Source of the DNA: a virus
Virus record (IMG/VR): IMGVR_UViG_3300020473_000021
Location: 1-64,000 of that record
Direction: 5' to 3' (one strand)
Length of the DNA stretch: 64,000 bases
Position 1 is the first letter of the stretch. Every line of letters starts with the position of its first letter. A program made the translations under genes and the position numbers. The notes beneath the pieces were generated by a model. It was not told where the DNA came from and did no database searches. It saw nothing but the letters and a program-made list of their open reading frames with translations. Positions 37,077-46,252 of this stretch are shown in pieces.

Positions 37077-37967
37077 ATGTGTTCTGATAAAAAGAAAGAT
37101 CCGGTACCGCAACAACATTGGCCCACCACATGTTTGGTATCGCAAGCTGAACCGGGTGAGTTACGTGCCAACAGCATCATCGCAGTAGATACGAGTAATC
37201 TACGATATCAGAGTATATTGGTTCCGTTGATCGATGCGATACGTAATAGCCATCCCGACATGCAGAAACTTTACATGGAGGGTCAGTGTTACAACTTCCA
37301 TCTTATCATCAAAAGTCTATTCCCTGAAGCTGAGTGTTATTACAACCAGATAGAAGGTCATATACTAACGCGACTAGGTGGTGAATACTACGATATTCGT
37401 GGTATGATGGAAGAGCTCCCAGAAGGCTATGAGCCGTTCGATAAGACTGGTATAACCGATCATCCAAGTAATTGGGGAAAACGCGATACAAGGCGTTTGA
37501 CGCACTCTGGTGGGGAGGTTGTGGATGCTAACTGGTTATTATCAGGAGATATGGGTGGTAGAGACACTATCGACATGAGCAAAGTCCGCTATGTCCACGG
37601 TAAGATGGAATCTTTTCTTAAGAACTACGATAGTGAATATCACATTCGCCCTGGTAGTCCTGTACTTGCACTTATGTTAGGTCAAGGACTAAGGGAACTT
37701 GGCGCTGACGTTGTGTATGTACAGATCTTCGATGAGGACTCGTGTGATGTAATGGTCAATTGGAACAATGTGTTCTTTGACTATCACCACGGTGATTTTG
37801 ATGCAGTAGTACAATCACCCTTTTGGAGTGAACAAAAAGAAGTCCTCGTCTTAAATGAAGAGGTAACGACTCGTCAACACACGACTGGCTTCGACTATGA
37901 CCTTTTTCCAGGGATGATTCTATCTGAATGGAAACTTGCCTTGGAAGAATTCCCAGAAGAAATTTAA
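37077..37967 (+). CDS. two-domain papain/transglutaminase-like protein
   Basis: Domain 1 EGQCYNF...GHIL...YYDIRG; domain 2 resembles 35478-35903. Confidence 0.55.
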   Translation: MCSDKKKDPVPQQHWPTTCLVSQAEPGELRANSIIAVDTSNLRYQSILVPLIDAIRNSHPDMQKLYMEGQCYNFHLIIKSLFPEAECYYNQIEGHILTRLGGEYYDIRGMMEELPEGYEPFDKTGITDHPSNWGKRDTRRLTHSGGEVVDANWLLSGDMGGRDTIDMSKVRYVHGKMESFLKNYDSEYHIRPGSPVLALMLGQGLRELGADVVYVQIFDEDSCDVMVNWNNVFFDYHHGDFDAVVQSPFWSEQKEVLVLNEEVTTRQHTTGFDYDLFPGMILSEWKLALEEFPEEI

Positions 37968-37979
37968 TAAGGAGATTTA

Positions 37980-39065
37980 ATGTCTGACATTAGTACCATT
38001 TCAGGTGCACTTACGTGTTCCATGGAACCTAGTGTATTATTAGAGAAATCAGTAAGGCACCATATGCTCGCAAATGGGTTATCTTTTTTAGAGGGAGTTA
38101 ACCATTTAGGGTTGGTGGATATTGATCACGAAATATTAGAATCAGCTCATCGAAAACTAATTTCGATGGGTTGGAATTCTAGATTAACTAAAAGCGAGGG
38201 ATATGGGCAAGATAATAATTTAGAGACTGTTGTCGCTTTTCATTTCAAAGACGATAAGATAATCGGACTTATAATCGTTAGATGGGTTAGACATTCAGAT
38301 ACTCTAAGAATGGGTTACTTGATTGTTGATGATCTGAAAGAGCACAAATTAAAGACGTTAGATATATTTAAACCGTACGTCATGCCACAGCCTGTGGAAA
38401 TTAATACTCTAGTAGGATTCGACGAAAGTAAAGGTAACCCCAAGTTAGTAAGTCGCAAAATAGGCGGTAACGATAACGTCCCCCTAGATTGTTTTTATCC
38501 TTTCATTGAAGAAAGTATAGATGATCTATCGTCTAACTACATCAAGTCGAACGGTAACTTACTACTACTAATGGGTATTCCTGGAAGTGGTAAAACCACA
38601 TTGATGCGGGATATTTGTAGGAGACAAAGAGATAGAGATATCTATCAGATATCAGGACCTACTCTGATAAATCATCCGCTGTTCAACGAGTTCATATCTG
38701 AACTTAAAGACGGGTCCGTTGTAGTCATTGAAGACGCCGATGAATTACTTATGTCTAGACGCGGTGGCAATCAGACCATGTCCATGTTGTTGAATGAGTT
38801 GGATGGTATCGCCACACGAGATGTTAAGATCATAATGTCTACAAACTTACCCAATGTAAACGATATCGATGAAGCTATTTACCGCACTGGTCGGTGTTAT
38901 AAGGTAATTAACTTTAGAAAACTCAACCTCGATGAGATCAACATCATCGCCTCTGAATGCGATATTGATGTGTCACATATAAGTGATAAATCAGTTTTAG
39001 CTGATGTTTTCAACACATCTCCCATTCGCGATAAAGACGTCAAATCAAGTGTCGGGTTTCTATAA
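37980..39065 (+). CDS. AAA+ ATPase
   Basis: Walker A GIPGSGKT, Walker B VVVIED, LLNELDG, STN, arginine finger DEAIYRTGR, terminal VGF. Confidence 0.85.
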   Translation: MSDISTISGALTCSMEPSVLLEKSVRHHMLANGLSFLEGVNHLGLVDIDHEILESAHRKLISMGWNSRLTKSEGYGQDNNLETVVAFHFKDDKIIGLIIVRWVRHSDTLRMGYLIVDDLKEHKLKTLDIFKPYVMPQPVEINTLVGFDESKGNPKLVSRKIGGNDNVPLDCFYPFIEESIDDLSSNYIKSNGNLLLLMGIPGSGKTTLMRDICRRQRDRDIYQISGPTLINHPLFNEFISELKDGSVVVIEDADELLMSRRGGNQTMSMLLNELDGIATRDVKIIMSTNLPNVNDIDEAIYRTGRCYKVINFRKLNLDEINIIASECDIDVSHISDKSVLADVFNTSPIRDKDVKSSVGFL

Positions 39066-39096
39066 CCGACCAGAAAACAATTGAGAGGAAGATACT

Positions 39097-39474
39097 ATGT
39101 TATCTAAATACGAAAACGTAAGTAAGCCTTCAGAGTTCAAAAACAACACCCTAAGATTGTTTATGGGTGATGATCCCGAGCAATCTCCTGAACATAATGT
39201 AAAGACTGGGTATCTTGCAATTTTTGATGCTGATAAAAATTATCCAACGAAGGAAGAACTTAATAAATTAAAGCAGGATTGTTTTGAAGCTTATGGTTTT
39301 TCCCATGTAAGTCTGAACGATCAACCCTTTCAGACGATGGGTGCTGACACTAGTAAATACGATATAACCATAGAAATTTGGGCATTCGAAAGTGAAGAGC
39401 CCGACGATACGGGTAAGAAGGATGTTGAGTTATTTCACATCATCTATTTAAACGGCGTATCGACACTGCACTGA
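39097..39474 (+). CDS. hypothetical protein
   Basis: GAGGA RBS. Confidence 0.65.
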   Translation: MLSKYENVSKPSEFKNNTLRLFMGDDPEQSPEHNVKTGYLAIFDADKNYPTKEELNKLKQDCFEAYGFSHVSLNDQPFQTMGADTSKYDITIEIWAFESEEPDDTGKKDVELFHIIYLNGVSTLH

Positions 39475-39586
39475 TGATTGATTAGCAATCGTTAGTTTTC
39501 AACTGACTGAGATCCATGTTGTTGTGGATTAGGTCATTACATCCAAGATAGCAATATCTTAATTTTACTATACGGAGTAATAAACT

Positions 39587-41404
39587 ATGTCAAATGTAGA
39601 AAATAATGAACCAACTGAAGCGTTGCGCGAATTAATGAAGGGTGCTAAACGTAAAGAGTTTCCGGGATTCAAAACTCGCTGGAAGGCTCTGAATCGTATA
39701 CTGAGCCCAACAGCTAAGTTGGAGCGTGGTAAGTCATTACTCATCGGTGGATTAGAACATAACTATAAAACCGGATTGTTGACGGACTTATTTGTAGACT
39801 GTTGCGTTCTTAATAGCCCGGATGATGTAGCTAAAGATAAGTCTTTAAATATATACATCACAACAGAAACGTTAAAGTCGATGGTGATCTCTGATATTTA
39901 TGAATCTATGACGGGGTCGCCTTGTGACAATGGCGTTGCTGTAGAGGACTTTGTTAACGATGGATTGGGTAAGTCTGGCTTTCACTATCAGATATTTCAG
40001 GCTAACCCGAATGCGTTCGACTATGATGATCTAATCAATAAATTACAATTCCACATCGACACTGGTTGGGATATACACTGTGTTTTTATTGATAACGTTT
40101 TACTCGTCAACGACAAATCAACTAGCCTAGACTCGATGTTAGCTAAATTGAAAGAGTTCATGACTAAGAACAATATTCTTTTTGTGGGAACACACTGGTT
40201 ATCGCAAAAGGCTCACCGCACTCTGATGTATGAGCAAAAGAAAGCCAACAACACTTCTAGTTTCTTAGAAAATATAGTAGATGACAACTTGTGGTTTTCT
40301 AGTAACCAAGTCCCTCGCTTATTTAACGTTGAGTTATTTGTTGATACGGTAAAGTCTTCGGGTGATGATTATTTGCATGTTGCACGTGGGATGGGTGATG
40401 GTCTAGGCGGTATTCCATTTAAAGATCGCAACTTCTATTTACCATTCTCCGAATATTGTAGTCGGGTTAAATCGGACGTGCGCAACGTAGATATATCCAT
40501 CGATAGACTACGTAGCGATCCGTTGGAGTTAAAGACCAATCGATTCAAACCTGATGAGATACTTTTTGAGTCTGGTGGGTTTGTTATTGCATCGGGTACG
40601 TGGACTGAACCGGGTGGTACTCCTATCTCTAATAAGCTGGCATGCCGTTGGCATCCAGATGAAGGAGTTGGCTATCCCAACGGTCGAGGTTATCCGCAAT
40701 GGATGAATCTTGGTCGTCTGATGAAACATGACGTAGAAGAACACAAGCTATCTAAGTTTGGTAAACGCATTAAACTTAACTTTGATCCTGACCACAGTGA
40801 GATAACTGTTGGTAATTGGGTTAAAGCAGATGGTGACTGGTTTCTAGTCAACTACGTCTATGGATCATCGGGTAGTATGGTCAGCGCTATGGGTCGGGGT
40901 AAATCTGGGCCATTCCCAATTGAGGTGGAAGATATCGATGAGGTGGAAACTGGGTTGTCTACCTTAGGTATCTGGCATGCGATGAAAGCTAAAGGTGATT
41001 ATCTTGTGTGGATAACACCACGTGGAGCATTAGCCACTACTAAGGTTGATGATACTATCAATCAAAATGGCAACATCATCCAAAAGAATATCTATCTGGA
41101 AGGCGACTTCATTTGGGATAATAAATATCAAGTGGTAAGTGAACACATTGGTTTCACTTACATGCTAGATGGACATTACCTCATTGGTAAGTTGCCGGGT
41201 GATTTATCGGAAGATGAACTTCACGATCAAGTTCGTAAGATGGGTAGGCACTTTGCCGTTGATGTTATTCGAGACATCAAAGACCTTAAAGAGGGTCACA
41301 ATGTTGAGCATCGAATGGAAGATGAGATTGGTAGTCGTCAGAAAGACGTTTTCCATGGCGATCTTTTATTGGATGCTATCTACTATGATGTTACTGAAGA
41401 GTAA
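39587..41404 (+). CDS. DnaB-paralogue helicase domain fused to unknown C-terminal domains
   Basis: GFKTRWKALNRIL, GGLEHNYKTGL, YITTE, THWLSQ, LHVARG and KDRNFYLPFSE all align with dnaB at 5593-7134. Confidence 0.8.
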   Translation: MSNVENNEPTEALRELMKGAKRKEFPGFKTRWKALNRILSPTAKLERGKSLLIGGLEHNYKTGLLTDLFVDCCVLNSPDDVAKDKSLNIYITTETLKSMVISDIYESMTGSPCDNGVAVEDFVNDGLGKSGFHYQIFQANPNAFDYDDLINKLQFHIDTGWDIHCVFIDNVLLVNDKSTSLDSMLAKLKEFMTKNNILFVGTHWLSQKAHRTLMYEQKKANNTSSFLENIVDDNLWFSSNQVPRLFNVELFVDTVKSSGDDYLHVARGMGDGLGGIPFKDRNFYLPFSEYCSRVKSDVRNVDISIDRLRSDPLELKTNRFKPDEILFESGGFVIASGTWTEPGGTPISNKLACRWHPDEGVGYPNGRGYPQWMNLGRLMKHDVEEHKLSKFGKRIKLNFDPDHSEITVGNWVKADGDWFLVNYVYGSSGSMVSAMGRGKSGPFPIEVEDIDEVETGLSTLGIWHAMKAKGDYLVWITPRGALATTKVDDTINQNGNIIQKNIYLEGDFIWDNKYQVVSEHIGFTYMLDGHYLIGKLPGDLSEDELHDQVRKMGRHFAVDVIRDIKDLKEGHNVEHRMEDEIGSRQKDVFHGDLLLDAIYYDVTEE

Positions 41405-41419
41405 TATCGATCGATAACT

Positions 41420-41449
41420 AGGGAGACTTCGGTCTCCCTTTTATTTTTT
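41420..41449 (+). terminator. intrinsic terminator
   Basis: AGGGAGAC-TTCG-GTCTCCCT + T run; the hairpin is the same as the one after dnaB. Confidence 0.85.
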
Positions 41450-41497
41450 ATCTGTCTGGCTTATCAAATGTGAATAGTTTAAATAATGGAGTAAGGT

Positions 41498-42067
41498 TTG
41501 CAAGCGAATAAGTTCTTTACCTCTGACCCTCACTTAGATCATGAAAAGGCGATTGAGTTTAACAGTCGACCTTTTAAATCTGTGGAAGAGATGCAAGACC
41601 ACATCATCGGTCAGTACAACGCATTACCTAAAGGATCGATTCTATATATCCTAGGTGATACGTTGGTGAGATCCAATAAAGAGGCGGCAGTAGCACTTCT
41701 TAATAAACTTCCCAAACATCTTAACTATGTGTTTGTCATTGGTAATCACGACCACCCCATCCGTCGATACTTAGAGAAATATGGACGCGTTGTTGATCTA
41801 CTTCAGATACGCCATAAAAAGCGCAAGATTGTATTGTGTCATTATCCAATGCATGAGTGGAGTAGTGGGCAACATGGTAGTATCTTATTACATGGACACA
41901 CGCATGGTAGAATGCAATTCCCTGGCATAACACTAGATGTGGGCTGGGACGTACATAAGCGACCAATCGGCGCAGATGAGATACTTAACTTGACTGAGGA
42001 TATGACAATCTATCAACCTGTCCATGATAGAAATAATGGTAAGACATATTCTGAATTGAATCAGTAG
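41498..42067 (+). CDS. calcineurin-like metallophosphoesterase
   Basis: FTSDPHLDH, YILGD, GNHD, CHYP, LHGHTH. Confidence 0.9.
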   Translation: MQANKFFTSDPHLDHEKAIEFNSRPFKSVEEMQDHIIGQYNALPKGSILYILGDTLVRSNKEAAVALLNKLPKHLNYVFVIGNHDHPIRRYLEKYGRVVDLLQIRHKKRKIVLCHYPMHEWSSGQHGSILLHGHTHGRMQFPGITLDVGWDVHKRPIGADEILNLTEDMTIYQPVHDRNNGKTYSELNQ

Positions 42068-42168
42068 ATAGTGCCCACCATCCCTATCTTTATGACAAAC
42101 ATAAATAAGAAGAAGAGACCCATACTCTTCCATGTGCGCTAGTGAATAGCACTACTTAGGAGAGACAT

Positions 42169-42486
42169 ATGAAATTTTGGCTAGTGGTATGTACATTCGC
42201 TGCTGGTGGGGTATGGTATTCTTTTTCAACCGACCACCATCAAATGGATGCATCGATAATCAAAGAGATAAATCCCAGTTGCGATATAATACGGGCTTGG
42301 GAGAGATCTCGATTGAAAGGCGATAGACCGATAGGTTTACCTGCCCCCGATGAAGGAAGGTTAATAGAATGCTTTCCGTCTTATGAAGGTAAAGACCATT
42401 TGATTGAAGATCACTTTAGATATGCTAAATATCTAGAGAATCGACTTATGAGACAATCGAAGTCTCAAGGTGGGGACCAAATATAA
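42169..42486 (+). CDS. small secreted or membrane-anchored protein
   Basis: AGGAG RBS; hydrophobic N-terminus. Confidence 0.6.
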   Translation: MKFWLVVCTFAAGGVWYSFSTDHHQMDASIIKEINPSCDIIRAWERSRLKGDRPIGLPAPDEGRLIECFPSYEGKDHLIEDHFRYAKYLENRLMRQSKSQGGDQI

Positions 42487-42527
42487 CGTGGGAGGCTGAT
42501 GCCTCCCACTTATGCCGATTTAACTTT

Positions 42528-42554
42528 TTTACAAGAATATATCGTAGTAGTGAG
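42528..42554 (+). promoter_or_regulatory. putative early promoter
   Basis: TTTACAAGAATATATCGTAGTAGTGAG, after the hairpin at 42488-42509. Confidence 0.6.
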
Positions 42555-42601
42555 TTTTAACAAAGAAGTAATTTATTCTAGTTATACGCAGGAGAAAGAC
42601 G

Positions 42602-42682
42602 ATGGAAAATGTGGTAGGAATACCCACTACGTTGACCGATTTCTATTTTGCGTTCAAAATTGTCTTAGGTCGAAGTTTGTAA
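42602..42682 (+). CDS. putative 26-aa early peptide (not in ORF track)
   Basis: CAGGAG RBS, MENVVGIPTTLTDFYFAFKIVLGRSL*; first ORF after the promoter motif. Confidence 0.45.
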   Translation: MENVVGIPTTLTDFYFAFKIVLGRSL

Positions 42683-42722
42683 TCTCGACCTAATTCGATG
42701 GAACTTAAAGAGGATTGTAAGG

Positions 42723-43490
42723 ATGGAAATATCGCCTAATGTAATTAAAATGGACGATGGTAGTACATTGGATTTGAGTAAATGCAACACCTTAGAGATG
42801 GACTACGATACATTACCAGAAGAAATGACTGGTAGTGGATCTATGCACGCTAGGTTCACCAAGTACGTCCAAGAACTACCTATAGGTGTGGGTGAGATAT
42901 TGAAATTGTCGATAGTATCAAAAGTAAACGGCGGTTTTCGTAAATCTTGGTATGTCTACAGGATCGAAGCAGACACATACCGTTTCATTAATGAATATGT
43001 CAATAAGGGCGTGGCTTACTCCATTGGTGAATCGCCTGAGTTGAGTAAATGGTCTGTGATTGAACCCGTACCAGAGATCCCATTTCATGAATTGGATATT
43101 CTGGCCAAGCACATAATTGTATTCTTTGAAACCGTTGAAAAGCAAGAACGGTATCCATTTATAATAGATACCTCTGAAGCTATAAAGCGGACTTCGAGTA
43201 AAACGATTAAAAAATCACTACTCTGTAAAGATAGAACGATAGTTTATTTAGGTAAACCGCCAATTAAAATTAGGAGAAAATCTAATAAGGGTGAAGGTTC
43301 GCCAAAATCTTTTGGTTATGCTAGAAGACCCCATCGTAGGACGTTGAGACATGAGCGCTTTAAAAATCATCCGAAGTATGGTATCTATAAAGGCGTCCAT
43401 GTGTCAGAGTCTTGGTGTGGTCCGAAAGAGTATGTGAGTAAATCAAAAATATATCGTCTATGGCAGCCGTCTGGAATCGATACTATTTAA
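42723..43490 (+). CDS. hypothetical protein with basic His/Arg C-terminal motif
   Basis: SPKSFGYARRPHRRTLRH...VSESWCG. Confidence 0.7.
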   Translation: MEISPNVIKMDDGSTLDLSKCNTLEMDYDTLPEEMTGSGSMHARFTKYVQELPIGVGEILKLSIVSKVNGGFRKSWYVYRIEADTYRFINEYVNKGVAYSIGESPELSKWSVIEPVPEIPFHELDILAKHIIVFFETVEKQERYPFIIDTSEAIKRTSSKTIKKSLLCKDRTIVYLGKPPIKIRRKSNKGEGSPKSFGYARRPHRRTLRHERFKNHPKYGIYKGVHVSESWCGPKEYVSKSKIYRLWQPSGIDTI

Positions 43491-43516
43491 TAAATAACTT
43501 TTTTATTTTCATTATC

Positions 43517-43555
43517 TAGGTTAGAGGTAAATGCCTCTAACCTATTTTTATTTTT
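43517..43555 (+). terminator. intrinsic terminator
   Basis: TAGGTTAGAGG-TAAATG-CCTCTAACCTA + T run. Confidence 0.75.
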
Positions 43556-43572
43556 GCATTAAGGATAAGATT

Positions 43573-45357
43573 ATGAACGTAGCAAAAACAGAAAACATGG
43601 TATTAAGAGCATATAAGAAATTGAATGAATTGCTCCACGATAAAGACATCGATCATAGTCCCATAGATGTCGGATCTTCTAATGTATTATACCTAATGTT
43701 AGAAGAAATGGTGAGTGTCATAAGAAAACACCCAAGTCTCATGGGTAATATACTTAAAGGCGAGGGTATCGGTCGCGCTAAGAAAAAGCTTGGTGTATCC
43801 TCAATATATCAACCTTCAGAGCATACTTGTTTTACACAATTAATAAATTCCTTTAAAGAAAACAAAGACCGAATAGAGTTGTTGTCGCAACCGGGTAAAG
43901 GTGTCTTGCAGAAAATAACGCTAACACCTGAAAATTATCGCATCGCAGAGTACGATTGGAATCTTTTGTTTGAAGTACCCTCGAAACTTGATTCTTCCTT
44001 AATCTTTCATTTAGAAATACCCGATTGTTTTGAGGTTGGTGATGTTCAAACGTTGCAAACGCACCCGAAGCGATTTCATACGACAACCTGGTTTGTTTCC
44101 GAAGATGTTAGTCTCTACGAGATTGATACGCTAGGCCAGCATCTAGGTAGCATACTTGAAAATAACCCTAAGGATATCGTGCTACATGTTCTAGCTGATC
44201 CTGAGTTTTTCGTAGCTGAAAAGACTATGGATTCAGGAACTGCATCGGGTCGGGAAGAAACAACAGATAACGGGAGTGACGAAATGTTACAAGAAGGCGA
44301 TCAAAATACTAATAAACATAACGATCTGCATGGTGCCATAGACACCACATATGAGCGGATACTGATGACTTTAATTTCAAATATAAACCTCAAACCTAAC
44401 ATGGGTCCGCCCACACGCATCCGTCAGGATTTGTCTGATGTTTATTTCCTATTGACCAACTATCCTGGGGCAATAACTAACTTAATTAAAGAGTCTGGGG
44501 GTATGGACGTATATACCTTGCCTGTGTTTAAGTATAACTTAAATAGACTAAAACAAATTGGCGATACATTGATCAATAGTAAACACCTATCTCCCAATAT
44601 CGTCAAATCTATTGCAAGCGATAGGGATATGTTCAATTATGCTAAGCAGTTAGAGGTTATTTACTCTAGCATAGATAGAAAGCAAGCGGCTAAACCGCTA
44701 ACACCTACCGAGCAGTTTGGTTTAGTGGGAGTTAATGTGGTTGATTGGACGGGCGTTGATCGTGATCAAAATGAAGAGACTGAGCGCTATCACTTAGTCA
44801 CATCCAGTTTTGATCATGACGGTATGTTGCTGGATATGCACTACTACGTAGAAGTCACGCCAGAGGAAGCTAAATTACTTGACCGTAACTATTGGTTGAC
44901 TCGCGATGAGGCTATACGTCGTTTGAGTAAGTTCCACGAGCAGTTGAGATCACTGAATGGTGGCGACACACCCACACATCGCTTCCGGGGTCCTAACTTC
45001 ATTCACTACAGTGAAAATAAAACAGCCGATCTTGTTTTAACAGATCATGATGCTACTAAACTCACTTTAAGTGAAGCAGTTGGTTCTAAGTCTAAACTAC
45101 TCATTGATATCTACGAAGAACACTTCGGGATGGATATGATAGTGGCGACAACGAATGATGAAACGTATTATTGTAAAACCATCAATATCGTTAATAGTGA
45201 TTCTGTTAACATCATTGGGTTTGACGATATACTGTCAGTTATCCCTGACAACGTAGATTGTTCTTTCGGTAAGCGCACGCTGTATGGTTTCGAAAGCGAG
45301 CCGGTAGAACTTACACCAAAACAATTCTACCGTAAGATGATAGAACTCAATAAGTAG
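43573..45357 (+). CDS. large hypothetical protein
   Basis: AAGGA RBS before MNVAKT. Confidence 0.7.
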   Translation: MNVAKTENMVLRAYKKLNELLHDKDIDHSPIDVGSSNVLYLMLEEMVSVIRKHPSLMGNILKGEGIGRAKKKLGVSSIYQPSEHTCFTQLINSFKENKDRIELLSQPGKGVLQKITLTPENYRIAEYDWNLLFEVPSKLDSSLIFHLEIPDCFEVGDVQTLQTHPKRFHTTTWFVSEDVSLYEIDTLGQHLGSILENNPKDIVLHVLADPEFFVAEKTMDSGTASGREETTDNGSDEMLQEGDQNTNKHNDLHGAIDTTYERILMTLISNINLKPNMGPPTRIRQDLSDVYFLLTNYPGAITNLIKESGGMDVYTLPVFKYNLNRLKQIGDTLINSKHLSPNIVKSIASDRDMFNYAKQLEVIYSSIDRKQAAKPLTPTEQFGLVGVNVVDWTGVDRDQNEETERYHLVTSSFDHDGMLLDMHYYVEVTPEEAKLLDRNYWLTRDEAIRRLSKFHEQLRSLNGGDTPTHRFRGPNFIHYSENKTADLVLTDHDATKLTLSEAVGSKSKLLIDIYEEHFGMDMIVATTNDETYYCKTINIVNSDSVNIIGFDDILSVIPDNVDCSFGKRTLYGFESEPVELTPKQFYRKMIELNK

Positions 45358-45401
45358 GAGTATGGTTATGAACCATATGAAATTCACAAGAGGGAATAAG
45401 A

Positions 45402-45432
45402 AGGGAGGCAATGCCTCCCTCTTTTATTTTTT
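45402..45432. terminator. terminator between convergent genes
   Basis: AGGGAGGC-AAT-GCCTCCCT + CTTTTATTTTTT. Confidence 0.8.
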
Positions 45433-45435
45433 GTT

Positions 45436-46242
45436 TTAATCGCGACGGAAGCGCTCGTAAGCCTCTTCCATCTTTTCATCATAACGGTTTTCTTCATAAG
45501 CTGGACCGTTGTAAGCATATGCAAACGATGCCCAGTCTAACTCACGTAACGCATCAAGTAAACGATTGTCTGCCTCGATGAACCTAACAAAAGATTCTAG
45601 CTGCTTATGCTCACCTTCACACACTGAATCGTAGTAGTGTTGTGGGCTTTCATAACCTAATCGTTTCCAATGGAATCCCATGATTTGGAAACGACCATAA
45701 GAAGCCGATTCGATCGCCGCAGCGGGATTGAGAGACATTGCTTTGTCTAAGCGATGGTTTTCCTCAACTCCACCCGAATAACCGCCCCTGTCGGCGTTGA
45801 CGATGTCTGAGGCATATTTCTGACCAAGTTCTGCTGCTAACGTAAGATCATAATGCATGAGACGCTTAAGCATCCAGTGACGCTCAAATAACACTTTGAT
45901 TGTTCCGTCGCTATGGAAACCACCGCCAGACGATTCAACCTCACTGACTGCTCTGAGTGCCTCTACCTCGACGTCGAGGTATGCGGCTGCATCTTCGATA
46001 TCTTTTTCACGCAATGCCCAGTCTGGTTGTTTCTGATCATCCAGTTGCATTTCAATGAGAGTACGCTCACCAACAAGACCATCAACGACCAAACCTTCAG
46101 AACGTTGAAAAGCTTTTACAGCCCGTTCCGTACCAGGACCAAAGTCCCCATCAATAATGCCTTGATAGAAACCTCGTTCCTTCAACACTTCCTGTAGTTG
46201 TTCTACATCAGGTCCCGAAGAACCTAAACGCAATAAGTCCAT
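45436..46242 (-). CDS. endolysin: peptidoglycan-binding domain + N-acetylmuramidase (DUF3380-type)
   Basis: LRLGSSG...DGDFGPGTERAVKAFQ...DGLVG; AVSEVES, VLFERH, SASYGRFQIMGFHW, YNGP. Confidence 0.9.
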   Translation of the reverse strand: MDLLRLGSSGPDVEQLQEVLKERGFYQGIIDGDFGPGTERAVKAFQRSEGLVVDGLVGERTLIEMQLDDQKQPDWALREKDIEDAAAYLDVEVEALRAVSEVESSGGGFHSDGTIKVLFERHWMLKRLMHYDLTLAAELGQKYASDIVNADRGGYSGGVEENHRLDKAMSLNPAAAIESASYGRFQIMGFHWKRLGYESPQHYYDSVCEGEHKQLESFVRFIEADNRLLDALRELDWASFAYAYNGPAYEENRYDEKMEEAYERFRRD

Positions 46243-46252
46243 TGTAACCCCC

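Noticed and set aside
6685-40252. 45-nt dnaB repeat as DGR or invertible-segment ends
   Set aside because: Only one of four mismatches is at a dnaB adenine, no RT or recombinase is nearby, and inversion would break dnaB.
42499-42693. 64-aa ORF in the track
   Set aside because: It starts inside a hairpin and runs through the promoter motif; the 26-aa frame has the SD.
45362-45440. Short ORF after GGAG downstream of the 43573 gene
   Set aside because: It runs through the terminator into the convergent endolysin end; at most a remnant.
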